From Squalus acanthias (taxonomy: Eukaryota), in contig CM059431.1 in the NCBI GenBank assembly GCA_030390025.1, forward strand, positions 98,458,001 to 98,522,000: a stretch of 64,000 nucleotides of DNA. Direction: 5' to 3'. Of this stretch, positions 24,620 to 37,902 are shown in pieces. Both the position numbers and the translations under genes were made by a program. Each line of letters starts with the position of its first letter. Within the stretch, counting starts at the first letter, position 1. The notes under the pieces were generated by a model. The model was given only the letters and a program-made list of their open reading frames with translations, had not been told where the DNA came from and made no database searches.

Positions 24620-24940
24620 TGTGGCAGGAACCAAAGATAATGGCTTCGGTCTTCCCAGAGTCTAACCGGAGCACATTGCGGCTCATCCAGGCTGGACAAG
24701 CAGTGTGACAGCACAGAGGCAGCGGAGATGTCGAGAGAGGTGCTGGTGAGGTAGAGCTGGGTGTCGTCAGCGTACATGTGGAAACTGATGCTGTGTTTTT
24801 GGATGATGTCGCCGAGGGGCAGCATGTAGATGAGAAACAGGTGGGGGCCAAGGATAGATCCTTGGGGGACACCAGAGGTAACGATGCAGGAGCAGGAAGC
24901 GAAGCCGTTATGGGAGATTCTCTGGCTACGATTAGATAGA
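24620..24940 (-). mobile_element. L2-clade LINE reverse-transcriptase fragment
   Basis: VPQGSILGP...LPLGDII...[11 protein letters not shown]. Confidence 0.9.
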
Positions 24941-25080
24941 TAAGATCACCTAGTGAAATGCACTGTAACACCTTTATATCCATGGTTACTTTTTAGATGT
25001 TTGATTTCCTGCTTAAGTGTGGAGATTTTCAGATTTGAAACCAAGTGAATGTAACATTATTTTCACAAATGTCTTTTTAG

Positions 25081-25152
25081 GAATGAAAGGTACTTCAGGG
25101 CCCCCTGGATTTCCAGGGATACAGGGCGAGGGAGGGCCACCCGGACAACTAG
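25081..25152 (+). CDS. col4a5: Collagen IV exon, 72 bp
   Basis: ttttag|GA...CTAG|gtaaat; GMKGTSGPPGFPGIQGEGGPPGQL. Confidence 0.95.
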
Positions 25153-25293
25153 GTAAATATCTCTTGTTCCTTTTCTATTTCGCTCTCAAACCCCAACTGG
25201 ACCATCGCGGTATTTTATGAGTTTAAATTGAAAGTCTGCTTCAGACCATCGCACGCTGGGCGTTTCACACACGATGCGATGCTTCGTTAACAG

Positions 25294-25422
25294 GTCCACC
25301 GGGTCCTGTTGGACCACAAGGCCCTCTACAGATAGTGAAGGGAGATCCAGGATTGCCTGGTCGGCCAGGAGAAGATGGAGCAAAGGGATATCCCGGGTTT
25401 CCTGGCGTTAAAGGTGATGTAG
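25294..25422 (+). CDS. col4a5: Collagen IV exon, 129 bp
   Basis: taacag|GT...GTAG|gtaagc; GPPGPVGPQGPLQIVKGDPGLPGRPGEDGAKGYPGFPGVKGDV. Confidence 0.95.
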
Positions 25423-25814
25423 GTAAGCAAATATTCCTAACCATGCGATACGGAGTGCCGGAAAAATCAGTCGCACTTTCGGTGGGAGGCTGGAGACCTT
25501 CCTGCTCAGTTGACCCCACGCACAGGTCACAAGGTGCGTCGTGTGCTGCATGCGGTTTACTGCGAGTGCCTGGGTACAACAGATGAGAGTCGCTGTCGGG
25601 AGGGCAGAGCTGGGAAATGATCTCCTTTGCGTCGCAGCATTAACCAAACAAAATGTTCAAATCCCTGCATGGCCTCGCCCCTCCCCTATCTCTGTAACCT
25701 CCTCCAACCCTACAATCTTCCGAGAACTCTGGCCTCTTGTGCATCCTCCTATAGAGAGGGTAACTACAGAATAACAGAAGCATTAATTACTGTCTTAATC
25801 TATTGCCCACCCAG

Positions 25815-25913
25815 GACTGCTCGGCCCAATTGGAGATCCTGGTGAAGAGGGGGCTCCTGGCTTTGATGGGAGACCTGGACTGAAAGGAGAACTTGGCCCA
25901 TCTGGTCCAACAG
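25815..25913 (+). CDS. col4a5: Collagen IV exon, 99 bp
   Basis: acccag|GA...ACAG|gtaaga; GLLGPIGDPGEEGAPGFDGRPGLKGELGPSGPT. Confidence 0.95.
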
Positions 25914-26675
25914 GTAAGAATTGCTTTAGAAGTTAAAGCACGGAAAGAGGCCACTTGGCCTATGGGACTATTCGTCATTTTGGTGTTATCAATGAGTGAA
26001 ATTGAATATCTTTCCACTGCCACTGTTTGAGGTTGAGCAGTACGAGTTACTCTGGTCTCGGCTCAGAGTTGCATATGCTCCTGATTTTCTGGAGATTTAA
26101 GATGAGTGATTAGAAAAGCAGACCAGAGATCTGTGCAATCTACCCCCGGTGCCCAGCTCTGTGATCGTGCTGGGCGTAGAGATTTGCACTGGTCTTAAAA
26201 AGAACTTGTTTAGCGAAACTACAGGCATAACATGAGGCCCAGTGTGGATTGCTGGCTCACGGGTGGAATCCAGGACAGTCACTATGGATCCCTTTCACTG
26301 TCTGCTCTTCCGATCAGCTGTTCATAGTGCTACAAAGGTGGTGGAGTTGGGAGGAGTTTTGCTTTTCTTTGGCGGGTCTGTTACTTGAGCTTGATGGAGA
26401 TTGGCCTTTAATGGGGAGGAAATCTGGGGATAAAGGCACTCAGTTCTCAGTAAGGTTCTCAAAAAGTGAACCAAATACTAATTCCGTTCCAATCAAATTC
26501 TGTCAGCGCCAAGTTTTCTAACCTATGAGAAAATAAACTTATTTACACTATTGTTATTTTAACTCAAACCGAATGGGCTTGTTAATGGATTGTTAATGGC
26601 TTGTTAACGGTTTTAAGGCATCATTAATGACTTGTTAATGTGGTCATCTCTCAATCAAGATTGGGTTAACATTGA

Positions 26676-29600
26676 CCCTAATCATTGTCTCCGGTCACCG
26701 CCACAAACTCCCCTCCCTCTGACTCAATCCCTCTCCCTGGCCACTGTCTGAGGCTGCTCGAGACCGTTCACAACCTTGGCATCCTATATGACCCTGAGAT
26801 GAGCTTCTGATCCCATATCCACGTCATCACCAAGACCGCCTACTTCTACCTGTGTAACATCGCCCGTCTCCGCCCCTGCCTCAGCTCATAGACTCATAGA
26901 ATGGTTACAGCACAGAAGGAGGCCATTCGGTCCGTCGAACCCGTGCCGGCTCTCTGCAAGAGCACTTCAGCTAGTCCCGCTCTCCCGCCCTTTCCCCGTA
27001 GCCCTGCAAACTTTTTTCATTCAGATACTTATCCAACTCCCTTTTGAAAGCTGTGATTGAGTCTGCCTCCACCACCCTTTCAGGCAGTGCATTCCAGATC
27101 TTCACCACTCGCTGCGTAAAAAAGTTTTTTCTTACGTCGCCTTTGGTTCTTTTGCCAATCACCTTAAATCTGTGTCATAGAAAAAAAATAGGAGCGGGAG
27201 TAGGCCATTCAGCCCTTCGAGCCTGCTCCGCCATTCAATATGATCATGGCTGATCCTCTATCTCAATACCATATTCCCGCTCTGTCCCCATAGTGTCCTC
27301 TGATTCTCGACCCTTCTGCCAATGGGAACAGTTTCTCTCTATCTACTCTGTCTAGACCCCTCATGATTTTGAACACCTCTATCAAATCTCCTCTCAATAT
27401 ACTCTGCTCCAAGGAGAACAACCCCAGGTTCTCCAGTCTATCCATGTAACTGAAGTCCCTCATTCCTGGAATCATTTTCGTAAATTTTTTCTGCACCTTC
27501 TCTAAGGCCTTCACATCCTTCCTAAAGTGCGGTGCCCAGAATTGGACACAGTACTCCAGTTGGGGCCGACCCAACGTTTTATACAGGTTCATCATAATTT
27601 CCATACTTTTGTACTCTATACCTCTATTTATGAAGCCTAGGATCCCGTAAGCCTTTTTAACTGCTTTCTCAACCTACCCTGCCACCTTCAACAATTTGTA
27701 CACACATATCCCCAGGTCTCTCTGTTCGTGCACCCCCTTTAGGATTGTACCCTTTAGTTTATATTGCCTCTCCCCATTCTTTCTACCAAAATGTATCACT
27801 TCACACTTTTCTGCGTTAAATTTCATCTGCCACGTGTCCGCCCATTTCACCAGCCTGTCTATGTCTTCTTGAAGTCTATCACTCTTCTCCTCACTGTTCA
27901 CTATACTTCCAAGTTTTGTGCCATCTGCAAATATTTAAATTGTGCCCTGTGCACCCACGTCCAAGTCATTAATATATATCAAGAAAAGCAGTGGTCATAG
28001 AAACGACCCCTGGGGAACACCACTGTATACCTTCCTCCAGTCCGAGAAACAACCGTTCACCACTACTCTCTGTTTCCTATCACTTAGCCAGTTCCGTATC
28101 CATGCTGCCACTGTCCCTTTTATTCTATGGGCTTCAACTTTGCTGGCAAGCCTATTATGTGGCACTTTGTCGAACACCTTTTGGAAATCCGTGTACACTA
28201 CGTCAACTGCATTGCCCTCATCAACCCTCTCTGTTACCTCATCAAAGAACTCAATCAAGTTAGTTAAACACGATTTGCCTTTAACAAATCCGTGCTGGCT
28301 TTCCTTAATTAATCCACACTTGTCCAAGTGACTGTTAATTTTGTCCCTGATTACTTTTTCTAAAAGCTTCCCCACTACCGAGGTCAAACTGACTGGCCTG
28401 TAGTTGCTGGGTTTATCTTTACACCCTTTTTTGAACAATGGTGTAACATTTGCAATTCTCCAGTCCTCTAGCACCACCCCCATATCTAAGGAGGATTGGA
28501 ATATTATGGCCAGTATCTCTGCAATTTCCTCTCTCAATTCCCTCAGCATCCTAGGATGCATCCCATCCGCTCCTGGAGATTTATCTTCTTTAAGTACAAC
28601 CAACCTTTCTAATACCTCTTCTTTATCAATTTTTATCCTATCAAGTATCTCCACTACCTCCTCCTTCACTATGTCTATGGAAGCATCCTCTTCCTTGGTG
28701 AAGACAGATGCAAAGTATTTGTTTAGTACCTCAGCCATGCCCTCTGCCTCCATGCATAGGTCTCCTTTTTGGTCCCTAATCGGCCCCACCCCTCCTCTTA
28801 CTACCCTTTTACTATTTATATGCCTATAGAAGACTTTTGGATTACCTTTTATGTTGGCTGCCATTCTATTCTCATACCCTCTCTTTGCCACTCTTATTTT
28901 CTTTTTCACTTCTCCTCTGAACTTTCTATATTCAGCCTGATTCTCAGATGTATTTGCAACCTGACATCTGTCATACGCGCTCTTTCTCTGCTTCATCATA
29001 TTCTCTATCACTTTCGTCATCCAGGGAGCCCTGAGCCTTTCCCCCTAGTGGGAATGTACCTCAACTGTACCTGAACTATTTCCTCTTTAAAGGCAGCCCA
29101 TTGTTCAATTACAGTTTTGCCTTCCAATCTTTGATTCCAGTTTACCCGGACCAGATCTGTTCTCATCCCACTGAAATTGGCCTTCCCCCAGTTAAACATT
29201 CTTACTCTAGATTGCTCTCTGTCCTTTTCCATAGCTAATCTAAACCTTATGATACTATGATCACTGTTCCCTAAATGTTCACCTACTGACACTTGCTCCA
29301 CTTGACCCACCTCATTCCCCAGAACCAGATCCAGCAATGCCTCCTCCCTCGTCAGTCCGGAAACATACTGATCAAGAAAGTTCTCCTGAACACACTTCAG
29401 AAATTCTTCCCCTTCTCTGCCCTTAACACTATTACGATCCCAGTCTATATTAGGATAGTTGAAGTCCCCCATTATCACTACTGTATAGTTCTTGCACCTC
29501 TCTGTAATTTCTCTGCAAATTTGCTCCTCCATATCTTTCCCACTAGTTGGTGGTCTATAGAATACACCTAGTAGTGTAATGGCACCTCTATTATTTCTTA

Positions 29601-30510
29601 ACTCTAGCCAGATAGATTCTGTTCTTGACCCCTCCAGGACATCCTCCCTCTCCAGCACTGTAACATTCTCCTTGACCAATACTGCCACACCACCTCCTAT
29701 CTTTCCTTCCCTATCTTTCCTAAACACTTTATAACCAGGAATATTTAACACCCAATTCTGCCTTTTTTAGAGCCATGTCTCAGTTATTGCCACAACATCA
29801 TATTCCCACGTGGCTATTTGTGCCTGCAGCTCACTTACCTTGTTTACTACACTTCGTGCGTTCACATACATACACTGTAAACCCATCTTAGACCATCCTG
29901 TATTCTCTCTTAGTTTGACCCCACCTAATACCTGCTGCTGAAACCCTCATCCATGCCTTTGTTACCTCTAGACTCGATTATTCCAACGCTCTCCTGGTCG
30001 GCCTCCCTCCTTCCACCCTCCGTAAGCTCATCCTGACTCTCCACTGAGTCCCGTTCGCCCATCGCCCCCTGTGCTCGCTGACCTACATTGGCTCCTGGTC
30101 GAGCAACGCCTCGATTTTAAAATTCTCATCCTTGTTTTCAAATCCCTCCATGACCTCGCCCCTCCCTATCTCTGTAACCTCCTCCAGCCCCACAAACCCC
30201 TGAGATCTCTGCGCTCCTCCAATTCTGGCCTCTTGCGCATCCCCGATTTCCATCGCTCCATCATTGGCAGCCGTGCCTTCAGCTGCCTGGGCCCTAAGCT
30301 CTGGAATTCCCTCCTTAAACCTCTCCATCTCTCTCTCCTCCTTTAAGGTGTTCCTTAAAACCTGCCTCTTTGACCAAGCCTTTGGTCACCTGTCCTAATA
30401 TCTCCTTCTGTGGTTCGGTGCCAGATTGTGTCTGATTTACGCTCCTGTGAAGCACCTTGGGACGTTTTACTACGTTAAAGGTGCTATATAAATGTAGGTT
30501 GTTGTTGTTC
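26676..30510 (+). mobile_element. L2-clade LINE 3' part (26676-26889 and 29932-30510), split by a CR1 insertion
   Basis: The halves rejoin as ...CCTCAGCTCAT|CTGCTGCTGAAACCCTCATCCATGCC; LADLHWL...FKILILVFK motif; (TTG)n tail. Confidence 0.85.
26890..29931 (-). mobile_element. CR1 LINE with nearly complete but disabled ORF2 (APE endonuclease + RT)
   Basis: EN motifs AITETWL, GVFYRPP, MGDFNYP, SDH; RT motifs NYRPVSLTS, QHGF, DFQKVFDKVPH, VPQGS. Frameshifts at ~29020 and ~28000, an in-frame stop, and FADG instead of FADD at ~27920. Confidence 0.95.
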
Positions 30511-30602
30511 TAACACACATTGCGTAGACCATGCATGAAGAAAACACAAAAGTTATCTTTCTTGTGTAGCTTAACTGTCTCATTTCCCTCTCTGTTTTTA
30601 AG

Positions 30603-30815
30603 GTTCAAGAGGGTATCCAGGACCCGCAGGCCCGGAAGGGGCTCCTGGGCCTCGGGGGCTCCCCGGTCCTGCTTCAATAGCTCACGGCTTCCTCGTGACC
30701 CGGCACAGCCAAACAACCGAGGTTCCGACCTGTCCTCACGGGACATCGAAAATCTATGATGGCTTCTCGCTGCTTTATGTCCAGGGCAATGAAAGGGCTC
30801 ATGGGCAGGACTTGG
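30603..30815 (+). CDS. col4a5: Collagen IV junction exon, 213 bp (end of triple helix, start of NC1)
   Basis: tttaag|GT...TTGG|gtgagt; ...[53 protein letters not shown]. Confidence 0.97.
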
Positions 30816-30967
30816 GTGAGTGATTGAAAGATATGATTTCCACCTCGGGCGCATTTCCTGAACTGGCGTTCCAGGCACACAGGCCGGGAATTTCCTCAGA
30901 GCTGCCCCCGTTCACCGCCGTAACTTCGCCGCAAGTGCGGTGCAAATCTTGTTTATGCGTAAACGGG

Positions 30968-31656
30968 GGCCTGGAATTTGGATCCTGCCCGAATCAGGGC
31001 GCAATCCCGGTGCCGCACACTCCGCAGATGCCTCTTGAGGAGGCTCAATGGAAGGAACGCGGGAAATTGGTGCGCGGCCTCATTGGTTTATTGTTGGCGA
31101 GCTACAGGCGCCGATCGCGGCCTCAAGCACCACTCGCCAGTCCTGGGGGAATGAAGATGGTCTGGCTCTGACACTGGCCCCGGTGGTAAGCAGAGTCTGG
31201 GCGGGGAGGGGAGCGAGGCAATTGGGAGGAGGGGGCACGCAATGGCCAGCAGCGGGAATTCAATGTGGAGCCGGGAGGAGCAGGAGTTCCCTACAATAAG
31301 GTAAGTAAAAGCAATAAAGACTTGCCTTTCCAGTGGCAGCCTCCAGCGGCTCTTTAAGAACTGCTGGTTTGGCTGGCAAGCACCTGAGCATACCGTACCT
31401 CAGCACGCAGAGCGCATACCACGGTCAATCGCTAAGGAACCTTGTAAAGAGGGCTTCAAACCGGCGTGGGACTCCCGATTTGCAAACACAAGGGGTCTAC
31501 CGACCATTTCAGACATGGGCCCAGGGCACCTATACAGGAGCCTTTACCAATATGGCGGGCAGCGCACTTCCGGTGCAAAATGCCCGCCATAATTGGACGC
31601 TTTCGCGTCCATTTCATGCCTGTAAAACGGGCGCGGCACCGACAAATTTCAAGGCC
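30968..31656. mobile_element. Non-autonomous DNA-transposon-like element
   Basis: Imperfect TIRs GGCCTGGAATTTG / CAAATTTCAAGGCC around a GC-rich interior; no transposase. Confidence 0.5.
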
Positions 31657-31903
31657 AGTGTCTCCGTGTGGCGGAGTGGGAGAATCTCCGAGGAAGTTCC
31701 AGGTCAGAGTACAGATGGGGTATGGAGACCAATGGGCCCTACCGATCTCCTGCAGGGGCAGTTGACCTCCGCATCCAAACTCCTGATGTGTTGGAGCTGG
31801 CTGTGCTTCGAGTGGGAATTGGTAAAAATCTAAAGTGTAAAATTCATCGCCGGCTCCCATTGGGAAACGCTCTGTTAGTTTGATCGCCCTGAGTGTCCAG
31901 TGA

Positions 31904-32140
<237 letters not shown>

Positions 32141-32239
32141 TGAGACTGCAGATATTGCGGCACCGTGTAACGCACCACTGTTTAGATATTGACGTGAAAG
32201 GTAGAATATCACAATAACAAGAGGGTATAATCTCAGGAT

Positions 32240-32530
32240 TACAGAATCTTACAGCGCAGAAGGAAGCCATTCGGCCCATCGTGCCTGTGCCGGCTCTTTG
32301 AAAGAGCTCTCCAATTAGTCCCACTCCCCCCTGCTCTTTCCCCATAGCCCTGCAAATTTTTCCTTTTCAAGTATACATCCAATTCCCTTTTGAAAGTTAC
32401 TATTGAATCTGCTTCCACCACCCTTTCAGGCAGCGCATTCCAGATCACAACAACACACTGCAGAAAAAAAATTCTCTTCATCTCCCCCCTGTTTCTTTTG
32501 CCAATGACCTTAAATCTGTGTCCTCTGGTT
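32240..32530 (-). mobile_element. CR1 LINE 3' fragment
   Basis: TRGHRFKVIGKR...IWNALPERVVEADS. Confidence 0.9.
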
Positions 32531-32614
32531 ATTTCATTATCATTAGAAGAACAAGGGGTTAAGGTAGACATTATGTTAAATTTGCTCACACAGATGGTTA
32601 AATGTTTTACCATA

Positions 32615-33305
32615 AGCGGCTATTCACAAGCTTGATACCAGAACTGAGAGGTTATAACTATCAGGAAAGATTGAACAAGCTGGGGCATTTTTCTTTAGAA
32701 AAGAGAAGGCTGAGGGCTGACCCGTTGGAAGTCTTTAAAGTTATGAAGGGGTTCGATAGGGTAGACGTAGAGAAGATGTTTCCACTTGTGGGGGAGACCT
32801 GAACTAGGGGCCGTCAATATAAGACAGTCACTAATAAATCCAGTAGGGAATTCAGGAGAAACTCCTTCACCCAGAGAGTGGTGAGAATGTGGAACTCGCT
32901 ACCACGGGGAGTGGTTGAGGCAAATATAATAGATGCATTTAAGGGATGACATGAATCTGACATTCATGACTTATGAAATAATACTGAGTGGCCTGCGGGT
33001 GGCGCTGTCCAGGGAGAGTATAAATACTCGGGCACGGGCCCAGCTTGCGCAGGACATTCATAACAGGAACTAGTGAAGGACACAACTAGACCTCCATGTT
33101 GTAAAACAGTTGATTAAAGCTTTGTTTAACGCTTAGACCAAGTGCCTAGTAATTTTCTTACGTCAAGGGGAAGCTAGATAAACACATGAGGGAGAAAGGA
33201 ATAGAAGGATATGCTGATGGGGTGAGATGAAGAGGGGTGGGAGGAGGCTGGTGTGGAGCATAAACACTGGCCTGTTTCTGTGCTGTACACTTGATGTAAT
33301 TCTAT
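32615..33305 (+). mobile_element. CR1 LINE 3' fragment interrupted by a solo LTR
   Basis: ERLNKLGHFSLEKRRLR...; CR1 resumes at 33166 (GGGGAAGCTAGATAAACACATGAGG). Confidence 0.85.
32947..33165 (+). mobile_element. Solo LTR, 219 bp
   Basis: TGAC...GTCA termini; TATAAATA 33019; ATTAAA 33113; flanks AGGGA / AGGGG (5-bp TSD, one mismatch). Confidence 0.7.
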
Positions 33306-34107
33306 TGAGGGGCCGAGACGATTATACAAGTTTGCGCAGGGAGATTTGCAGCTTATATTAGGGATGCGTCTGCAATCGATGCCTCCAGTGTGAAGCCCCC
33401 CCACCCCCAGAGACTGATGGGCACATAGTCTGTGATATTCCACAACGTGCTCCGCCCTGCGAAGTCTGGATTGTGCAGTCACCCCCGCCCCCCCCCCCCC
33501 ATTGTAAGCTCGTGCACAGGTCGTCCACCATTTACATCCTGTTCACGTCCATGGATTGGAATTGACGGCGAGTGCGAGCCCGAATCTTGGGGGCGCACTC
33601 CCGGCAAGACATGGCTCCTCGCCAGTAGAGCACGCTCGTAAGATCAGCTCTAGAGGCAAGAGTTTTGTTGAAGAGAGAATTGGACATGAAAAAGGGAAGT
33701 CTGAAGGATATGCAAAGGAGCCTCACCATTCCTGATGTAGCTTGTAGTCTCTCAGCACTTGCTGCAGTCTGAGGCAAGGTCTTCTTTCAGTCTCTTTCGC
33801 ACATTTATTGCCCATCCCTAACTGCCCTGAGAAGGACATTTAATGAGATGGTGGCCATTCTTGGAGGGCATTTATTCAATCTGCTGGAGTTGTGTGTGGG
33901 CCAGAGCAAGGAGCGGTGACAGATTAGGGAACCAGTTGGAATTCTAAGACAATCTGAGTCATTATCGTTCTGATGCCAGTGCTCAAATTACCAGATTTAC
34001 TGAATTTCAATTTCGCAGTTTTGCACTAAAGAGCTGTGGGCTGTTGGTCCAATAATAGCGCAGTGTTGGACCTGGAATAATATAATCACCGGCCGTCTCC
34101 TCCCCAG

Positions 34108-34222
34108 GTGCTCTGTTTGTGAAGCTCCAGCAATGGTGATCGCTGTTCACAGCCAAACAATTCAAATCCCGCTGTGCCCCATAGGTTGGCATTCCCTGTG
34201 GATCGGCTACTCCTTCATGATG
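34108..34222 (+). CDS. col4a5: NC1 exon, 115 bp
   Basis: ccccag|G...GATG|gtgagt; [39 protein letters not shown]. Confidence 0.97.
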
Positions 34223-34864
34223 GTGAGTGTCCAACAACTGAACACAATGGGCTGGAGTTTCCACGTTGTGCGCCATCGGGAAAATGCGCTTGAAATTGCG
34301 TTGGTTCGGTCGGGCTTCAAGTTTCTGCTGAAATTCATTTGCATAATCACAAACGTAAAATCATCCATGAACCGGCGCAATCGAGCAGCGTGACAGAACG
34401 GAATCATTTCTTTCTCTTGCCATTAAAAAGTATTCCCTGATATATTTCAGCGCGGTAACCTGGGGCAGTTTGATTAACGCCGCTGAAAATGGGTTTATCA
34501 CCAAAAATAAGCATTTTTAATCAGAGTGTCCAGTCAACCACCTGTGACTTTCAAAACAATACTGAACCGTTTAATAGTTTCACTGGTGTACAGCAGTCAG
34601 TTTCTTAGTAAATTAAATATTTTTTGATATGAAGAAGCTTTTAAAACGTGCCGACTAGTGTCAGTGCACCTGTAAGAGAGTGAGTGTAATTTGAAGAGCC
34701 GTCCCGAACCAGCGAAATCTCACAACATCGACCTGGGGGCGTGGCCAGTAGTGTGGGCGGGGCCTGGTCCCGGCCAATTGAATCTTGAACTGGCAGAAAA
34801 CACGAGCGTGAGTGGTTTTAGGCGTAAATCACTTACGTTTAAAATTCCCTGACCTTTTGCTCTG

Positions 34865-36716
34865 GTTCGGACACCAGGGAGAACTCCCTTGCTCTTCTTC
34901 GAATAGTGGCCGTGGGATCTTTTATGTCCTCCTCAGAGGGCAGAAGAAGCCTCGGTTTAACGTTTCAGCCGAAAGACGGCACCTCCGTCAGTGCAGCGCT
35001 CCCTCAGTACTGCCCCTCCGACAGTGCAGCGCTCCCTCAGTACTGCCCCTCCGACAGTGCAGCGCTCCCTCAGTACTGCCCCTCCGACAGTGCAGCACTC
35101 CCTCAGTACTGCCCCTCCGACAGTGCAGCGCTCCCTCAGTACTGCCCCTCCGACAGTGCAGCACTCCCTCAGTACTGCCCCTCCGACAGTGCGGCGCTCC
35201 CTCAGTACTGCCCCTCCGACAGTGCAGCGCTCCCTCAGTACTGCCCCTCCGACAGTGCAGCGCTCCCTCAGTACTGCCCCTCCGACAGTGCAGCCCTCCC
35301 TCAGTACTGCCCCTCCGACAGTGCAGCGCTCCCTCAGTACTGCCCCTCCGACAGTGCAGCACTCCCTCAGTACGGCGCTCCCTCAGTACTGCCCCTCCGA
35401 CAGTGCAGCGCTCCCTCAGTACTGCCCCTCCGACAGTGCAGTGCTCCCTCAGTACTGCCCCTCCGACAGTGCAGCGCTCCCTCAGTACTGCCCCTCCGAC
35501 AGTGCGGCGCTCCCTCAGTACTGCCCCTCCGACAGTGCAGCGCTCCCTCAGTACTGCCCCTCCGACAGTGCCGCACTCCCTCAGTACTGCCCCTCCGACA
35601 ATGCGGTGCTCCCTCAGTACTGACCCTCCGACAGTGCGGTGCTCCCTCAGTACTGCCCCTCCGAAAGTGCGGCGCTCCCTCAGTACTGCCCCTCCGACAG
35701 TGCGGCGCTCCCTCAGTACTGCCCCTCCGACAGTGCGGTGCTCCCTCAGTACTGCCCCTCCGACAGTGCGGCGCTCCCTCAGTACTGCCCCTCTGACAGT
35801 GCGGTGCTCCCTCAGTACTGACCCTCTGACAGTGCGGTGCTCCCTCAGTACTGCCCCTCCGACAGTGCAGCTCCCTCAGTACTGCACCTCCGAAAGTGCA
35901 GCGCTCCCTCAGTACTGCCCCTCCAACAGTGCGGTGCTCCCTCAGTACTGACCCTCCGACAGTGCGGCGCTCCCTCAGTACTGCCCCTCCGACAGTGCGG
36001 TGCTCCCTCAGTACCGCCCCTCTGACAGTGCGGTGCTCCCTCAGTACTGACCCTCCGACAGTGCGGCGCTCCCTCAGTACTGACCCTCCGACAGTGCAGC
36101 ACTCCCTCAGTACTGCCCCTCCGACAGTGAGGTGCTCCCTCAGTACTGCCCCTCCGACAGTGCAGCTCTCCCTCAGTACTGCCCCTCCGACAGTGCGGTG
36201 CTCCCTCAGTACCGCCCCTCCGACAGTGCGGTGCTCCCTCAGTACTGACCCTCCGACAGTGCGGCGCTCGCTCAGTACTGCCCCTCCGACAGTGCAGCAC
36301 TCCCTCAGTACTGCTCCTCGACAGTGCGGCGCTCCCTCAGTACTGCCCCTCCGACAGTGCGGCGCTCCCTCAGTACTGCCCCTCCGACAGTGCAGCGCTC
36401 CCTCAGTACTGCCCCTCCGACAGTGCGGCGCTCCCTCAGTACTGCCCCTCCGACAGTGCGGGGCTCCCTCAGTACTGTCCCTCCGACAGTGCGGTGCTCC
36501 CTCAGTACTGCCCCTCCGACAGTGCGGCGCTCCCTCAGTACTGTCCCTCCGACAGTGCGGTGCTCCCTCAGTACTGCCCCTCCGACAGTGCGGGGCTCCC
36601 TCAGTACTGCACTAGAGTGTCAGCCTGGATTGTTTGCTCAAGTCTCTGGAGTGGGACTTGAACCCAGGACCTTCTGACTCAGAGGCGAGGGTGCTGCCCA
36701 CTGAGCCACGGCTGAC
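34865..36716 (-). mobile_element. SacSINE1-like SINE (tail missing) with long 33-bp array
   Basis: Core at 34865-34985; tRNA-like head at 36610-36716. Confidence 0.85.
34982..36610. repeat. 33-bp minisatellite, about 49 units
   Basis: Same unit as 664-1486, with variant units. Confidence 0.97.
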
Positions 36717-37047
36717 TCCAGTGTGACAAGCAGTGGGTTTGTGTCCATGTCTCGTATGGATCGAAATCGCCGTCTGAACGGCCCCACTGACTGGAGGCTG
36801 ACTATTTCATCCTGGTGCACAGGGAAATGAGGAGAGTTGTCCCGGGCAGTTCTTGTGCATCCACTGATCCTAGAACAGAGCAAACCAAGGCTTGGGAGCA
36901 CGTTGAACATGTAAATAATGTGCGGGGTAAGATGACAAGGGAGAAAGTAAAAGAGGGTTGGCAGGGTAGGTTTGTGGTATTTGCGGTTGAGTGAGTTTGG
37001 TTTGGTTAACAGAAGTGTTTCGTTTGGTCCTTTCTCTCTGTGTGTAG

Positions 37048-37220
37048 CACACCAGTTCTGGGGCCGAGGGGTCAGGACAGGCTTTATCATCGCCCGGTTC
37101 ATGCCTGGAATCGTTCCGGTCCGCTCCCTTCATCGAGTGTCACGGCCGAGGAACCTGCAACTACTATGCTAACTCCTACAGCTTCTGGCTCGCTACCGTC
37201 GAGAGCTCAGAGATGTTCAG
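37048..37220 (+). CDS. col4a5: NC1 exon, 173 bp
   Basis: gtgtag|CAC...TCAG|gttagt; [57 protein letters not shown]. Confidence 0.97.
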
Positions 37221-37544
37221 GTTAGTGAGGGTGGAGGGCAGCTCCGGCCAGTGCGCTGTCCGTGTTTCACTGACTGAGAAGAGTTTGCTGCTTCTAGTGC
37301 GAATGGACAGAAAGAAAGGAAGTGCTCTACTATTTCTGGTAGAAGGGATCTGCAAAGCAAGCAACTTACTCTGGCCACTAACCTGTGGTATTGTAATCAT
37401 TTCAGACAATTCCCTTTACCCAACAGGGGAGTTAAAATGATCCTTTCTCTGAAGAGTTTCTGAGTTATTCCAGTGTCAGCATTGGCAGTTAAAACTCAAG
37501 CCAGTTCACAGTCGTGGAAAATTATCGTCACCTTTCTGCTAATA

Positions 37545-37828
37545 AAAAGAAAGACTTGCATTTCTATCGCGCCTTTCACAACCTCAGGACGTCCCAAAGC
37601 GCTTTACAGCCAATGAAGCACTTTTTGAAGTGTAGTCACTGTTGTAATGTAGGAAACGCGGCAGCCAATTTGCGCACAGCAAGCTCCCACAAACAGCAAT
37701 GAGATGAATGAGCTCCGACAGTGCAGCACTCCCTCAGTGTGGTGCTTTACTGTCGGGGGAAATGCCCTGCTCAGCTCCCAGGGTGGGGCGTGAACCCACG
37801 ACCTCCTGACTCGGAGCCCAGGCTGTCA
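37545..37828 (-). mobile_element. SacSINE1-like SINE, internally deleted
   Basis: Tail 37545-37700 joined to a degraded head. Confidence 0.75.
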
Positions 37829-37902
37829 GTTGGGGGAGCGTTTAGGGGACAGACATCAGCTTCTGGGGAAAACTTGTCCCTAAAGTTTCCGCTCTCTTTC
37901 AG

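Noticed and set aside
27263..29751. An active reverse-transcriptase gene or retron-like system
   Set aside because: Ordinary CR1 ORF2 with frameshifts, a stop codon, a mutated catalytic motif and no ORF1.
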